NCBI GenBank assembly: GCA_964467035.1
Contig: CAYXNX010000002.1
Location: 10,896 to 74,895, forward strand
Reading direction: 5' to 3'
Origin: Candidatus Woesearchaeota archaeon
GTDB lineage: Archaea > Nanobdellota > Nanobdellia > Pacearchaeales > GW2011-AR1
DNA length: 64,000 nucleotides
Part shown: positions 1 through 8,141 of the stretch, in pieces
Layout of the letters: the number at the start of each line of letters is the position of its first letter
Position numbering within the stretch: the stretch's first letter is position 1
Program-made: the position numbers and the translations under genes
Notes under the pieces: model-generated
The model's database searches: none
What the model was told of the DNA's origin: nothing
The model's input: only the letters and a program-made list of their open reading frames with translations

Positions 1-1
1 A

Positions 2-430
2 AAATTTGAAGAGGTTGGAGAAAGGTTTAGAGGGGTTGTTAGGGATAAAAAGAAATTTGTTATAGGGATTTTTGCATCATTATTGTTTCAAGCTTGTATT
101 TTTACAGCTTCATATGTTTTGTTTTTATCATTAAATTATGAAATTAATTATCTTTTTGTTATTGTTGCTCTTAGTGTGGGTTATTTTTTTGGAGATATTT
201 CTCCTTCTCCTGGAGGGATTGGAATTTTAGAAGCTGCTGTATTGGTTATTTATTCTGCTTTGGGGGTTAATCCGGAAATAGCTTTGTCTGTTGCTCTTTT
301 GGATAGGGTAATTGCTTTATTTTATAGACTGGGTATTGGAGGGATAGCTACATTATCTTTCAGCGAAAGAATAAGTTATTTGCTGAAATTTTCTCAAAAA
401 TCTAGTGAAAATGGAGAATTTCCGAAATAA
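2..430 (+). CDS. C-terminal part of a flippase-like / lysyl-PG-synthase-TM-region (UPF0104) family membrane protein; 5' end lies outside the window
   Basis: The frame is open from nt 2, so the listed start at 83 is an internal TTG. The product is hydrophobic and carries GDISPSPGGIGILEAAV, resembling the family P-x-(T/S)-P-G-G-x-G-x-x-E motif. Confidence 0.5.
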   Translation, partial: KFEEVGERFRGVVRDKKKFVIGIFASLLFQACIFTASYVLFLSLNYEINYLFVIVALSVGYFFGDISPSPGGIGILEAAVLVIYSALGVNPEIALSVALLDRVIALFYRLGIGGIATLSFSERISYLLKFSQKSSENGEFPK

Positions 431-458
431 TTATAAATGATTTATTTTAAGTATATTT

Positions 459-803
459 ATGTCAGATTGTATTTTTTGCAAAATTGCTAAGGGAGAAATT
501 AAAACTGAAATTATTTATGAAAATGATAACTTTGTTGTTTTTCCTGATGCAAACCCTAAGGTTGAAGGTCATTGTTTGGTTGTTCCAAAAAAACACTTTG
601 CAAATATTTTAGATTTACCTCAAAGTTTGGGTAGTGAGTTGATTGAAGCTATTAAAGGTGTTGCAGAAATAAAATTAAAACAAGGAGCTCAAGGGTTTAA
701 TATTGTGCAAAATAATGGAAAAATGGCTGGACAAGTTGTTGAGCACATTCATTTCCACTTACTTCCAAGAAAAAAAGGAGATGGTTTTCAAATTAGCTTG
801 TGA
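459..803 (+). CDS. HIT (histidine triad) family nucleotide hydrolase/transferase
   Basis: Histidine triad HIHFHLLP near the C-terminus, N-terminal CIFCKI, and a typical length of 114 aa. Confidence 0.85.
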   Translation: MSDCIFCKIAKGEIKTEIIYENDNFVVFPDANPKVEGHCLVVPKKHFANILDLPQSLGSELIEAIKGVAEIKLKQGAQGFNIVQNNGKMAGQVVEHIHFHLLPRKKGDGFQISL

Positions 804-843
804 TTTTCAAAAGTATTAAAAAGGTTATTTTCATAAATTTGTT

Positions 844-1932
844 ATGGCAGAATGGGATTTTGTTGAGTCATGGGGTGATTTAATTTCAAGTAACACTCAA
901 TCAGATTTTCTTGTTGCTTTAGGAATTTTTATAGGTTTGTCAATATTTTTGAAATTTTTTGATAGTTATATTATCTATCTTTTAGAAAAAGCTAGTAAAA
1001 AAACAAAAAACAATTTTGATGATATTATTATTGGTTTTTTAGAAGGAGTGCATTTTCCATTTTATGTTTATGTTTCATTTTTTATTGCAGCTCAATTTTT
1101 GAAAATACCTGAATTATTTTATAGTATAATTTTTAATGTGTTAATTTTGTTTTTGGTTTTTTATGGTGCTAAAGGAATTATTGGGATTTCTAATCATTTT
1201 GTAGATAAGTATAAGGAAACGAAAAAAAAGAATGGTGAAAAGCATAGCGATTCTATGTTGAGTGTTTTGAAATTAATTTTTAAAATTATTGTTTGGGTTG
1301 TTGCTCTTTTAATGGTTCTTACAAATTTTGGTGTTGAAATTACTCCATTGATTGCAAGTTTGGGTGTTGGAGGTGTGGCAATTGCTCTTGCTTTGCAAGC
1401 TGTTTTGGGAGATTTATTTTCTGCTTTTACAATTTATTTTGATAAACCTTTTGAAGAAGGGGATTTTATTATTATTGGGGAGGATATGGGGGTAGTGAAA
1501 CATATTGGAATTAAATCAACTAGAATTCAAGCATTGGCAGGACAAGAATTAGTTATTTCAAATTCTGAATTAACTTCTACAAGAATAAACAATTATAAAA
1601 GAATGCCCAAGAGAAGGGTGGTGTTTGGGTTTGGAGTAGAATACAGCACAAATGTTGAACAATTAAAAAAAATTAAAAAAATTGTTTCAGAAATAATTAA
1701 TAAAACAGATAATGCTGAATTAGATAGAGTTCATTTTAAAGGATTTGGAGATTCAAGTTTGAATTTTGAAGCTGTATATTATGTTGATTCTGCAGATTAT
1801 AATTTATACATGGATGTTCAAGAAAAAATTAATTTTGAGATTAAAACCAAAGTTGAAAAACTTGGGGTTGGATTTGCTTTTCCAACAACTACTGTTCATT
1901 TTTTTGATGAAAGTAAGAATAAAAAGAAATAG
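844..1932 (+). CDS. Small-conductance mechanosensitive channel (MscS family)
   Basis: N-terminal TM helices are followed by a beta-domain region (GVVKHIGIKSTRIQALAGQELVISNSELTSTRINNY) typical of MscS. Confidence 0.8.
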   Translation: MAEWDFVESWGDLISSNTQSDFLVALGIFIGLSIFLKFFDSYIIYLLEKASKKTKNNFDDIIIGFLEGVHFPFYVYVSFFIAAQFLKIPELFYSIIFNVLILFLVFYGAKGIIGISNHFVDKYKETKKKNGEKHSDSMLSVLKLIFKIIVWVVALLMVLTNFGVEITPLIASLGVGGVAIALALQAVLGDLFSAFTIYFDKPFEEGDFIIIGEDMGVVKHIGIKSTRIQALAGQELVISNSELTSTRINNYKRMPKRRVVFGFGVEYSTNVEQLKKIKKIVSEIINKTDNAELDRVHFKGFGDSSLNFEAVYYVDSADYNLYMDVQEKINFEIKTKVEKLGVGFAFPTTTVHFFDESKNKKK

Positions 1933-1947
1933 GGCATTTACATGCCC
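1932..1947. terminator. Short hairpin directly after the MscS stop codon
   Basis: GGGCAT-TTAC-ATGCCC (6-bp stem) overlaps the TAG at 1930-1932. Its function is uncertain because archaeal termination usually relies on oligo-T. Confidence 0.2.
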
Positions 1948-2259
1948 ATAATTTCATACCATTCTTCTGGAATTATTTCGTTGTCAGGGCTAAGAGAGAA
2001 TAATTGTCCAATGGTTGGTAGGTTCCTGTAATAAAGTCATATTCAAATTTAGGTTGGTATTTTGTTTCTTGTTTTCTTGTTTCCATTTTTCCTCCGTTTA
2101 ATTTATTTAAGTTGCCACAAAGTATGTAATTAATTTAGAATTCAACTACACACTTTTGTGGTAGTTAGCAAGCTAGAAGTAACAGTTCTTTTGAAAAGTT
2201 AATTCTTTTTTGCATTGGATAATTAATTAAAAAGAGTTTATTAATTTTTGGGAAAATTT

Positions 2260-2412
2260 GGCTTTGTTGAAAATCTAAATTTTTATTTGTTTTTGATTTT
2301 ACATTTTCCCACTACAAGTTTCGACTTCGTCGAAAAACCCACCCTATATTCTACAGGAGTTTCCTAAACTTTTAGTAAAATCAAAAATTATCTTAACTTT
2401 TTCAACAAAGCC
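2260..2412. mobile_element. 153-bp MITE-like non-autonomous element, copy 1
   Basis: By eye it is identical to 31009-31161. The termini are inverted repeats (GGCTTTGTTGAAAA / TTTTCAACAAAGCC). It is flanked by a perfect 9-bp direct repeat, GGAAAATTT, at 2251-2259 and 2413-2421. Confidence 0.8.
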
Positions 2413-2445
2413 GGAAAATTTTTAAAGTTTTAAAACCTATTTTTT

Positions 2446-2616
2446 ATGGAAAGAAATTATGAGCTTAGTGCAGGAAAATGGAAGTTATTTATGAGTCCTG
2501 AAGAATACGAGGCATGGAGTGAAAGGTTTTATGATAAAGTTAAATCAGTGTTGGATAAACAAAAAGAAGCTAGGAGAAGGTCTGAAGAAGAGTCTATGAA
2601 ACATTATGTTGATTAA
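2446..2616 (+). CDS. Small hypothetical protein (56 aa), charged and helical
   Basis: An ATG-to-TAA ORF read by hand (MERNYELSAGKWKLFMSPEEYEAW...), below the ORF-track cutoff. No recognisable family. Confidence 0.3.
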   Translation: MERNYELSAGKWKLFMSPEEYEAWSERFYDKVKSVLDKQKEARRRSEEESMKHYVD

Positions 2617-2618
2617 TA

Positions 2619-2691
2619 TGGCTGCACTGGGATTCTAACCCAGGACCTCTGCCTCATGAGAGCAGCGCTCTAACAACTGAGCTATGCAGCC
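2619..2691 (-). tRNA. tRNA-Met (anticodon CAT), elongator-like; could alternatively be the Ile2 CAU species
   Basis: The reverse complement folds as a cloverleaf: GGCTGCA/TGCAGCC acceptor, GCTC/GAGC D-stem, CTGCT-CTCATGA-GGCAG anticodon arm, CTGGG-TTAGAAT-CCCAG T-arm. No intron and no encoded CCA. Confidence 0.9.
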
Positions 2692-2753
2692 TTTATTTTT
2701 TCTATGATTCGGTGTTTAAAAAGTTATTTAAAACTTAGGTTCTTTAGAAAAAT

Positions 2754-2972
2754 ATGGTTGTTGGGAATGTTATTGGTGATTTATCAAATTTAGAAATTGG
2801 TGTAAATAGTTTAGTAACTATTTTTCAAATTATTGGGGGGCTTTTTGGAATTTATGTTATTTTTTGGATAATAAATCTTTTTATCAATTGGAAGAAAAAT
2901 AGATTTTTGAAAGAAATTTTAGAGAATATTAAAGAAATAAATAAAAAAATAGAAAAAAATAAAACTAATTAG
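2754..2972 (+). CDS. Small membrane protein, hypothetical
   Basis: A 72-aa ORF with one clear TM helix (VTIFQIIGGLFGIYVIFWIINLFI) and a basic tail. Confidence 0.35.
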   Translation: MVVGNVIGDLSNLEIGVNSLVTIFQIIGGLFGIYVIFWIINLFINWKKNRFLKEILENIKEINKKIEKNKTN

Positions 2973-2977
2973 ATATT

Positions 2978-3343
2978 TTACTTTGTTAAAGTTATATCTA
3001 TTGTAGAGATGTTGATATCTTTGCCTTCTTGATTTTTGAAGTTGTCTGTTCCAATAATAACATTGTTTTTCAAATCAATGTTATCCTTATCTTTTAATCT
3101 CTTTTTTGCAACTTCGGCAATATCAACAGCTCTTGAAATAAACTTTCCACGAGCCTTTACAATTGCACTATTGTTATTTTCTTTTTGTAATTGCATCATT
3201 GTTGCAACCACATATTTCATAAAAGGTTTGTTTCCAACAAAAATTTCGTTGGTTTCACCTTTTTTTTCTTCTCCTTGAGAAAGTGTTTCTTGCGCTGGCT
3301 CTTGGCTTGTTGTTTCAATAGTTGATTCTTCAGTCATTTTCAT
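2978..3343 (-). CDS. albA: Alba DNA/RNA-binding chromatin protein with an acidic N-terminal extension
   Basis: The Alba core reads NEIFVGNKPFMKYVVATMMQL...VKARGKFISRAVDIAEVAKKRL...IDITLTK. Confidence 0.85.
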   Translation of the reverse strand: MKMTEESTIETTSQEPAQETLSQGEEKKGETNEIFVGNKPFMKYVVATMMQLQKENNNSAIVKARGKFISRAVDIAEVAKKRLKDKDNIDLKNNVIIGTDNFKNQEGKDINISTIDITLTK

Positions 3344-3357
3344 TAAGGTTATTTAGG

Positions 3358-3558
3358 TTATTTAGCTGGTTTTTCTAGTTTTTCGGCTTTTTTAAGTCTT
3401 GCTATATAACCAGCAATTTTGTTTCTTGTTCCTTTGTCAGGAAGATCATATTGTTGAAGAATTTCTTTATTTTTGTCAAAATCTTCTGTTAAACTAGGTT
3501 CTAAGATAATTAATTCTCTTGCATTTCTTTTTATAGCCATTGATTTTATTCTGCCCAT
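3358..3558 (-). CDS. rps17e: 30S ribosomal protein eS17
   Basis: N-terminus MGRIKSMAIKRNARELI, C-terminal region NKIAGYIARLKK, and a length of 66 aa are typical of archaeal S17e. Confidence 0.9.
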   Translation of the reverse strand: MGRIKSMAIKRNARELIILEPSLTEDFDKNKEILQQYDLPDKGTRNKIAGYIARLKKAEKLEKPAK

Positions 3559-3693
3559 ATTTAATGGAATTTTTTATTGACACTCAATTTTCAGAGCTTG
3601 TCAAATATTTGGTTATTTAGTATTAAATTAGGTCTAAATTTAGGTATTTAAATTTTTGGTTAGTTTTATATATTTAAGTATTTTTATTAGGTT

Positions 3694-4227
3694 ATGGCTC
3701 CAAGAACAAAAAAGAAAATAAAAGCACATTTTAGCGGGGATTCAATTTCAAGTTCTTCAAAAGAAGCAAAAGATATTTATGGAAATAAGCTTTTTGGAGA
3801 ATATGTTTCTAAAAAAATTGTGTATTCATTTTCTGAAGCTTTGTATTTAGTTGAAAAGAAAAAAATGGATATTTATAGAAATACTAAGAAATTAAGTTTT
3901 AATGAAGCTATGGAAAAGTGTAAAAAGCTAGATAGAAAAATTCAAACAAAATATATTGTTTTTAAGGATATGAAAGATAAAGGGTATTTGTTGAAAAGTG
4001 CATTAAAGTTTGGGGCTGATTTTAGAGTTTATGAACCCGGAAATAGGCCTGGAAAAACTCATGCAAAATGGATTTTATTTCCAGTAAGTGAAGATGCTGA
4101 AATGACTTGGCAAGATTTTTCTGCTAAAAATAGGGTTGCCCATAGTACAAAGAAAAATTTGTTAATTGCAATTGTTGATAGTGAAGGAGGAATTACTTAT
4201 TATGAAGTTACTTGGAAAAGGCCTTAA
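3694..4227 (+). CDS. endA: tRNA-splicing endonuclease
   Basis: The C-terminal catalytic domain motif is LKFGADFRVYEPGNRPGKTHAKWILFPV ... RVAHSTKKNLLIAIVD. Confidence 0.85.
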   Translation: MAPRTKKKIKAHFSGDSISSSSKEAKDIYGNKLFGEYVSKKIVYSFSEALYLVEKKKMDIYRNTKKLSFNEAMEKCKKLDRKIQTKYIVFKDMKDKGYLLKSALKFGADFRVYEPGNRPGKTHAKWILFPVSEDAEMTWQDFSAKNRVAHSTKKNLLIAIVDSEGGITYYEVTWKRP

Positions 4228-4907
4228 GAAATCTCAATAGAATTGTCTCCTTTTACTCCAAACTTTTTAACTTTACCATCTAAAAATATTTTTTTGTTTT
4301 CAATTTTTAATTTACCTTCAAATCCCTGTATTTTTAATTCTTCGTTTCTTAAATTTATTTCAGATTTGCTATCTTCGAGAAATATTTTTCCAGAAGTTGA
4401 ATATTCTATCTTTGAAATTCCTATATTGTTTTTTATGTCTAATCGTTTAAGATTAAAATTTTCTTGGATTAAAATTTCTGTAGTTTTTCCTGACTTTGAG
4501 TTTATTGGAAGGTTATTGATTGTTATTTTTTTGCTGTCTCCCTTTAAATTATTTAATCCTTTTTTATCTAATTCGATTTTTCCATCAAATTTTTCCAAGG
4601 AAATTTTGTTAGAAGGTTCTGATAATTGTAATTCTTGATCTTCTATTGAAACTTTTGAATAAGCTGCTGTTAAATCAATATCCCCCAAATTTCCGTTTAA
4701 ATTTATTTCTGGGATTGTAAGTTCTGCTTTAATAGGGATTGAGTCTTCAGAGTTTTCATCAACACCTATTATTTTTCCAGTTAATTCGTTTCCTCCAAAA
4801 ACTGTGAAATAGACAAATCCAAATATAAAAATAAAAACCAAAACAGTTAGTATTGCTTTGGTATTTTTTCTTTTTGGGTTTTCTTGCATTTCTGTTTCAT
4901 CGAGCAT
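4224..4907 (-). CDS. Hypothetical membrane-anchored protein
   Basis: One N-terminal TM helix (AILTVLVFIFIFGFVYFTVF) is followed by a repetitive beta-rich ectodomain. It overlaps the upstream gene by 11 nt. Confidence 0.5.
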   Translation of the reverse strand: MLDETEMQENPKRKNTKAILTVLVFIFIFGFVYFTVFGGNELTGKIIGVDENSEDSIPIKAELTIPEINLNGNLGDIDLTAAYSKVSIEDQELQLSEPSNKISLEKFDGKIELDKKGLNNLKGDSKKITINNLPINSKSGKTTEILIQENFNLKRLDIKNNIGISKIEYSTSGKIFLEDSKSEINLRNEELKIQGFEGKLKIENKKIFLDGKVKKFGVKGDNSIEIS

Positions 4908-5370
4908 TCTTTTTTACCTGTTGCATTTTTTCTTCTAAAAATTGCGCAAATTCTGAGGGGTTATTAATTTCTTTTATTGAGGTTTTTGTTTCGTTTGAGT
5001 ATAATCTAACATTAACGTCTCCATAGTTTAAAATTCTTTGCCAAAGTGTTTGTTCTATATCTATGTCACTTATTGCCATTAAATCAACTCTTTTTGAATT
5101 TTTATTAAAATACCCTGTTGTGAAAATTAGGCATTTTGGGTTTATTTCATATTTATCTCTTAATCTGTGAACTTCTGTTATTTTAATTCCAAATAATGTA
5201 AAAACCCCTATAATTGTTAATACAGGTTTACCAACTGTGTTGCCTGTTACTTTTGCAATTCCAATCGTTACTAAAAGTATGAAAATCATTAGATAAACTG
5301 GTAGATATTTTTTTCTTGAAACTCTTGTTGTTAATTCTGAACCATCTTTTTTTATTTTGTGTTTTGCCAT
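4897..5370 (-). CDS. Membrane protein with a bacterial-PH (YdbS/YdbT-like, bPH_2) domain
   Basis: Two TM helices are followed by DLMAISDIDIEQTLWQRILNYGDVNVRL, a pattern typical of membrane-flanked PH domains. Confidence 0.5.
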   Translation of the reverse strand: MAKHKIKKDGSELTTRVSRKKYLPVYLMIFILLVTIGIAKVTGNTVGKPVLTIIGVFTLFGIKITEVHRLRDKYEINPKCLIFTTGYFNKNSKRVDLMAISDIDIEQTLWQRILNYGDVNVRLYSNETKTSIKEINNPSEFAQFLEEKMQQVKKNAR

Positions 5371-5467
5371 TGATAGGATTAAATAATCAAATCTTATAAA
5401 GATTGCGAATATTTTGGATATTAAAAATCACAATAAAGTTTATAACTTTGTAGCTTTTTTTGTTTAG

Positions 5468-6631
5468 ATGGAGTCACGTTCTAATAATCTTGAAGAGAGG
5501 AAACAAAAAGTTTTGGATTTTATTAATGTAAATGGGCCTAGTTTGCCTGTTAGAATTGCTTCTAATTTAAAAATGGATTCGTTAATTGTTAGTGCTCTTC
5601 TTGCAGAATTGACAAAAGAGAAGCAACTTTTTATGAGTAATATGAGGGTAGGAAGTTCTCCATTGTATTATGTAAGGGGACAAGAATTTCAATTAGAAAA
5701 ATATGTTCAATATTTAAACAAAAGAGAAAGGGAAGCTTTTGATTTATTGAAAAATTATGGTGTTTTAGCTGATGAAAAAGTTGAACCAGCAATAAGGGTG
5801 GCTCTTAGAAGTATTAAAGATTTTTCTTTTCCATTAGAGCATAATAATAAATTGTATTGGAGATTTATTGAATTTTCTCTTGATAGGGCTGTTGAAAAGA
5901 TTAATTCGGGAAATGAAAATTATTCAATAATTGGGAAAACAAATCAAGAATATCAAGAAACAGAACAAGAAACAGAAAATCAAGAAGGTGTTGAAGAAAA
6001 AAAGGAAGAAACTGGGATAGAAAAGAAGAGAATTCAGGAAGAAAAAGGGGAAAGGAGGGATGGTGGAAAAAGGGAAGAAGATAATAAAAAAGATGAAAAA
6101 GAGTCTGTTCCTTTTTTTCAAAAAATAAAACAAGTTGTTTTGCCTAAAGAACAGGAGCTTGTTGAAAGAGGTTTAGAAACAAAACCCAAAGATAATTTGT
6201 TTAGGGAAGAGGGTTATGTGGTTAAACGAGAAACTGATTTTATTCAAACAAAAAATGAAGATAAAGAAGAAAAACCCCTTTTAAAAATTAAAAAAAATTA
6301 TCAAAATAAGGAAAAGGAAAAAAGTGATTTTGTTTTTGATGTTGTGAATTTTTTAGAGAGTAAAGAATTTATTATTTCAAAAGAGATTGATTGGAAAAAG
6401 AAAGAATATTTTGCAGAGGTTAAAGGAGATACTAATTTTGGGAAAGTTGTTTATCATGTTATGGCGAAAGATAAAAAGTCTATTACAGATAATGATTTGT
6501 TGCAGGCAATTCAAACATGTCAAGATAAAAAAATGCCGGTGATTTTGGTTTCAAAAGGTGAGCCAAATCGAAAAGCGCAAGAAAAATTGGATGAGGCAAG
6601 GAATTTGGTGTTTTTTATGAAGTTGAGTTAA
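5468..6631 (+). CDS. Winged-helix-like protein with a long charged low-complexity linker and a C-terminal globular domain; function unknown
   Basis: The N-terminal ~110 aa look like tandem wH/HTH (LDFINVNGPSLPVRIASNLKMDSLIVSALLAELTKEKQL). The middle is an E/K/Q/T-rich tract, and the C-terminal ~100 aa are ordered. Confidence 0.5.
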   Translation: MESRSNNLEERKQKVLDFINVNGPSLPVRIASNLKMDSLIVSALLAELTKEKQLFMSNMRVGSSPLYYVRGQEFQLEKYVQYLNKREREAFDLLKNYGVLADEKVEPAIRVALRSIKDFSFPLEHNNKLYWRFIEFSLDRAVEKINSGNENYSIIGKTNQEYQETEQETENQEGVEEKKEETGIEKKRIQEEKGERRDGGKREEDNKKDEKESVPFFQKIKQVVLPKEQELVERGLETKPKDNLFREEGYVVKRETDFIQTKNEDKEEKPLLKIKKNYQNKEKEKSDFVFDVVNFLESKEFIISKEIDWKKKEYFAEVKGDTNFGKVVYHVMAKDKKSITDNDLLQAIQTCQDKKMPVILVSKGEPNRKAQEKLDEARNLVFFMKLS

Positions 6632-6665
6632 TTCTATATGGGCACAAATTAGAAAGGTTTAAAAA

Positions 6666-7604
6666 ATGTGCCCACATAGATTTATTATGGTTTATCATGA
6701 AATTAGGAAAATTAATGGAAAAATTTTGAATTATCTTGTTTATAATAGTCGGAGCAATGGGAAATGGAAAAAACAAAGCAAATTTATTGGGAAGGGAAAT
6801 ATTTCTAAAGAAAAAATTGAAAAGATGAAAAAAGAATTTGAAAAAGAATTAATTTTGAAAAAAAATTATGATTATTTGACTAAAGAACAAGTTAAAAAAA
6901 TAGAAGAGTTAAAGGATAGATACAGTAATAAAATTAGCTCACTTAGTAAAGAAGAATTTGAAAAGTTTCAGGAATCTTTCTTTACAGAATTAACTTATGA
7001 TAGTAATGCTATTGAAGGTAATTCACTTTCTTTGGAAGAAACTGATTTAGTAATTAATGAGAATATTTCCCCAGAAGGAAAATCTTTAAGGGAAATTAGT
7101 GAAGCAAAAAACCATATTAAAGCAATTGAGTTTATGAAGAATTATAAAGGAGATTTGAATGAAAGGTTTATTTTGAAACTGCACTCAATTATTTTGAATA
7201 ATATTTCAGAGAGATTTGCAGGCAATTATCGAAGAACTAATGTCCGGATTTTTGGAAGTAATGTAAAACTTCCAAGTTATGATAAAATTCCTCAATTAAT
7301 TAAGAATTTGATTTATTGGTATAAAAAAAATAAAAAGGAGTATCATGATTTTGAAATGGCAGTTATATTTTCTATGAAATTTGTAACAATTCATCCTTTT
7401 ATAGATGGAAATGGAAGAGTTTCAAGGTTGTTGATGAATTTTTTACTTTTAAAAAATAATTATCCTTTGATAAATATTTATAAAAAAAATCGACAAAAAT
7501 ATTTGAATGCAGTTAGAAAAGCTAATGGTGAAAATTATTTGCCTATTTTGGGTTTTTTGGTAGATACTTTGGAAGAGAATTTAGATAGTTTTAATTTTAA
7601 GTAG
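6666..7604 (+). CDS. Fic family protein (AMPylase/NMP-transferase type)
   Basis: The Fic active-site motif is HPFIDGNGRVSR. An upstream SNAIEG matches the (S/T)xxxE(G/N) auto-inhibitory helix. The start may instead be the ATG at 6687. Confidence 0.85.
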   Translation: MCPHRFIMVYHEIRKINGKILNYLVYNSRSNGKWKKQSKFIGKGNISKEKIEKMKKEFEKELILKKNYDYLTKEQVKKIEELKDRYSNKISSLSKEEFEKFQESFFTELTYDSNAIEGNSLSLEETDLVINENISPEGKSLREISEAKNHIKAIEFMKNYKGDLNERFILKLHSIILNNISERFAGNYRRTNVRIFGSNVKLPSYDKIPQLIKNLIYWYKKNKKEYHDFEMAVIFSMKFVTIHPFIDGNGRVSRLLMNFLLLKNNYPLINIYKKNRQKYLNAVRKANGENYLPILGFLVDTLEENLDSFNFK

Positions 7605-8141
7605 TTCATATAAATCTTTAAATAAATCTCAATTGTTAATTTAAAATGAAAAATTTGAATTTTGTGGAGAGGGATATTCAAGAAGGGGATTTGGTAAAAT
7701 TTTATTTTGGAAATGGTGTTTTTTTGTAGGTTATAGATGGGAAAGACCTAATGAACCATTTTCTTTTAGTGGATTTCATCCATCTTATCAAGGAAATTTG
7801 TATGAAAGGGATTTTCAAGTTTTAGATTTGTTGAAAGGAACATTAAATTCTGAAAGTGTTTTAGGGTATGATATAATAAGGAGAAATACTTCTCGACAAA
7901 GAAGTACTTCTAAAAAAAGAGAAGATTTAGATATAGGTTTTGAGTCCTATGAAAGATGTTTTGGGCCTTTTAGTTCTTCTTTTGATATAGAGCTAGTTAG
8001 AGAAAAAGAGAGAAGAGAACTAAGAGAAGAAAAAGAAAGAGAACAAGATGAAGATTGTGGGATTATGCATAGGGATTGGTGATTTTTGATTCTTTTTTCA
8101 ACGCCCAATAATTTTAAATATGCGCTTTATTGTAAAAATTC

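Noticed and set aside
1766-1951. 61-aa ORF overlapping the 3' end of the MscS gene
   Set aside because: It is an out-of-frame overlap with a conserved gene and has a low-complexity translation.
2619-2691. tRNA-flanked integrated element (tRNA-Met next to a MITE; tRNA-Ile next to the repeat array)
   Set aside because: No integrase, no phage-like genes and no duplicated tRNA 3' end are visible near any of the three tRNAs. The MITE has its own 9-bp duplications unrelated to the tRNA.
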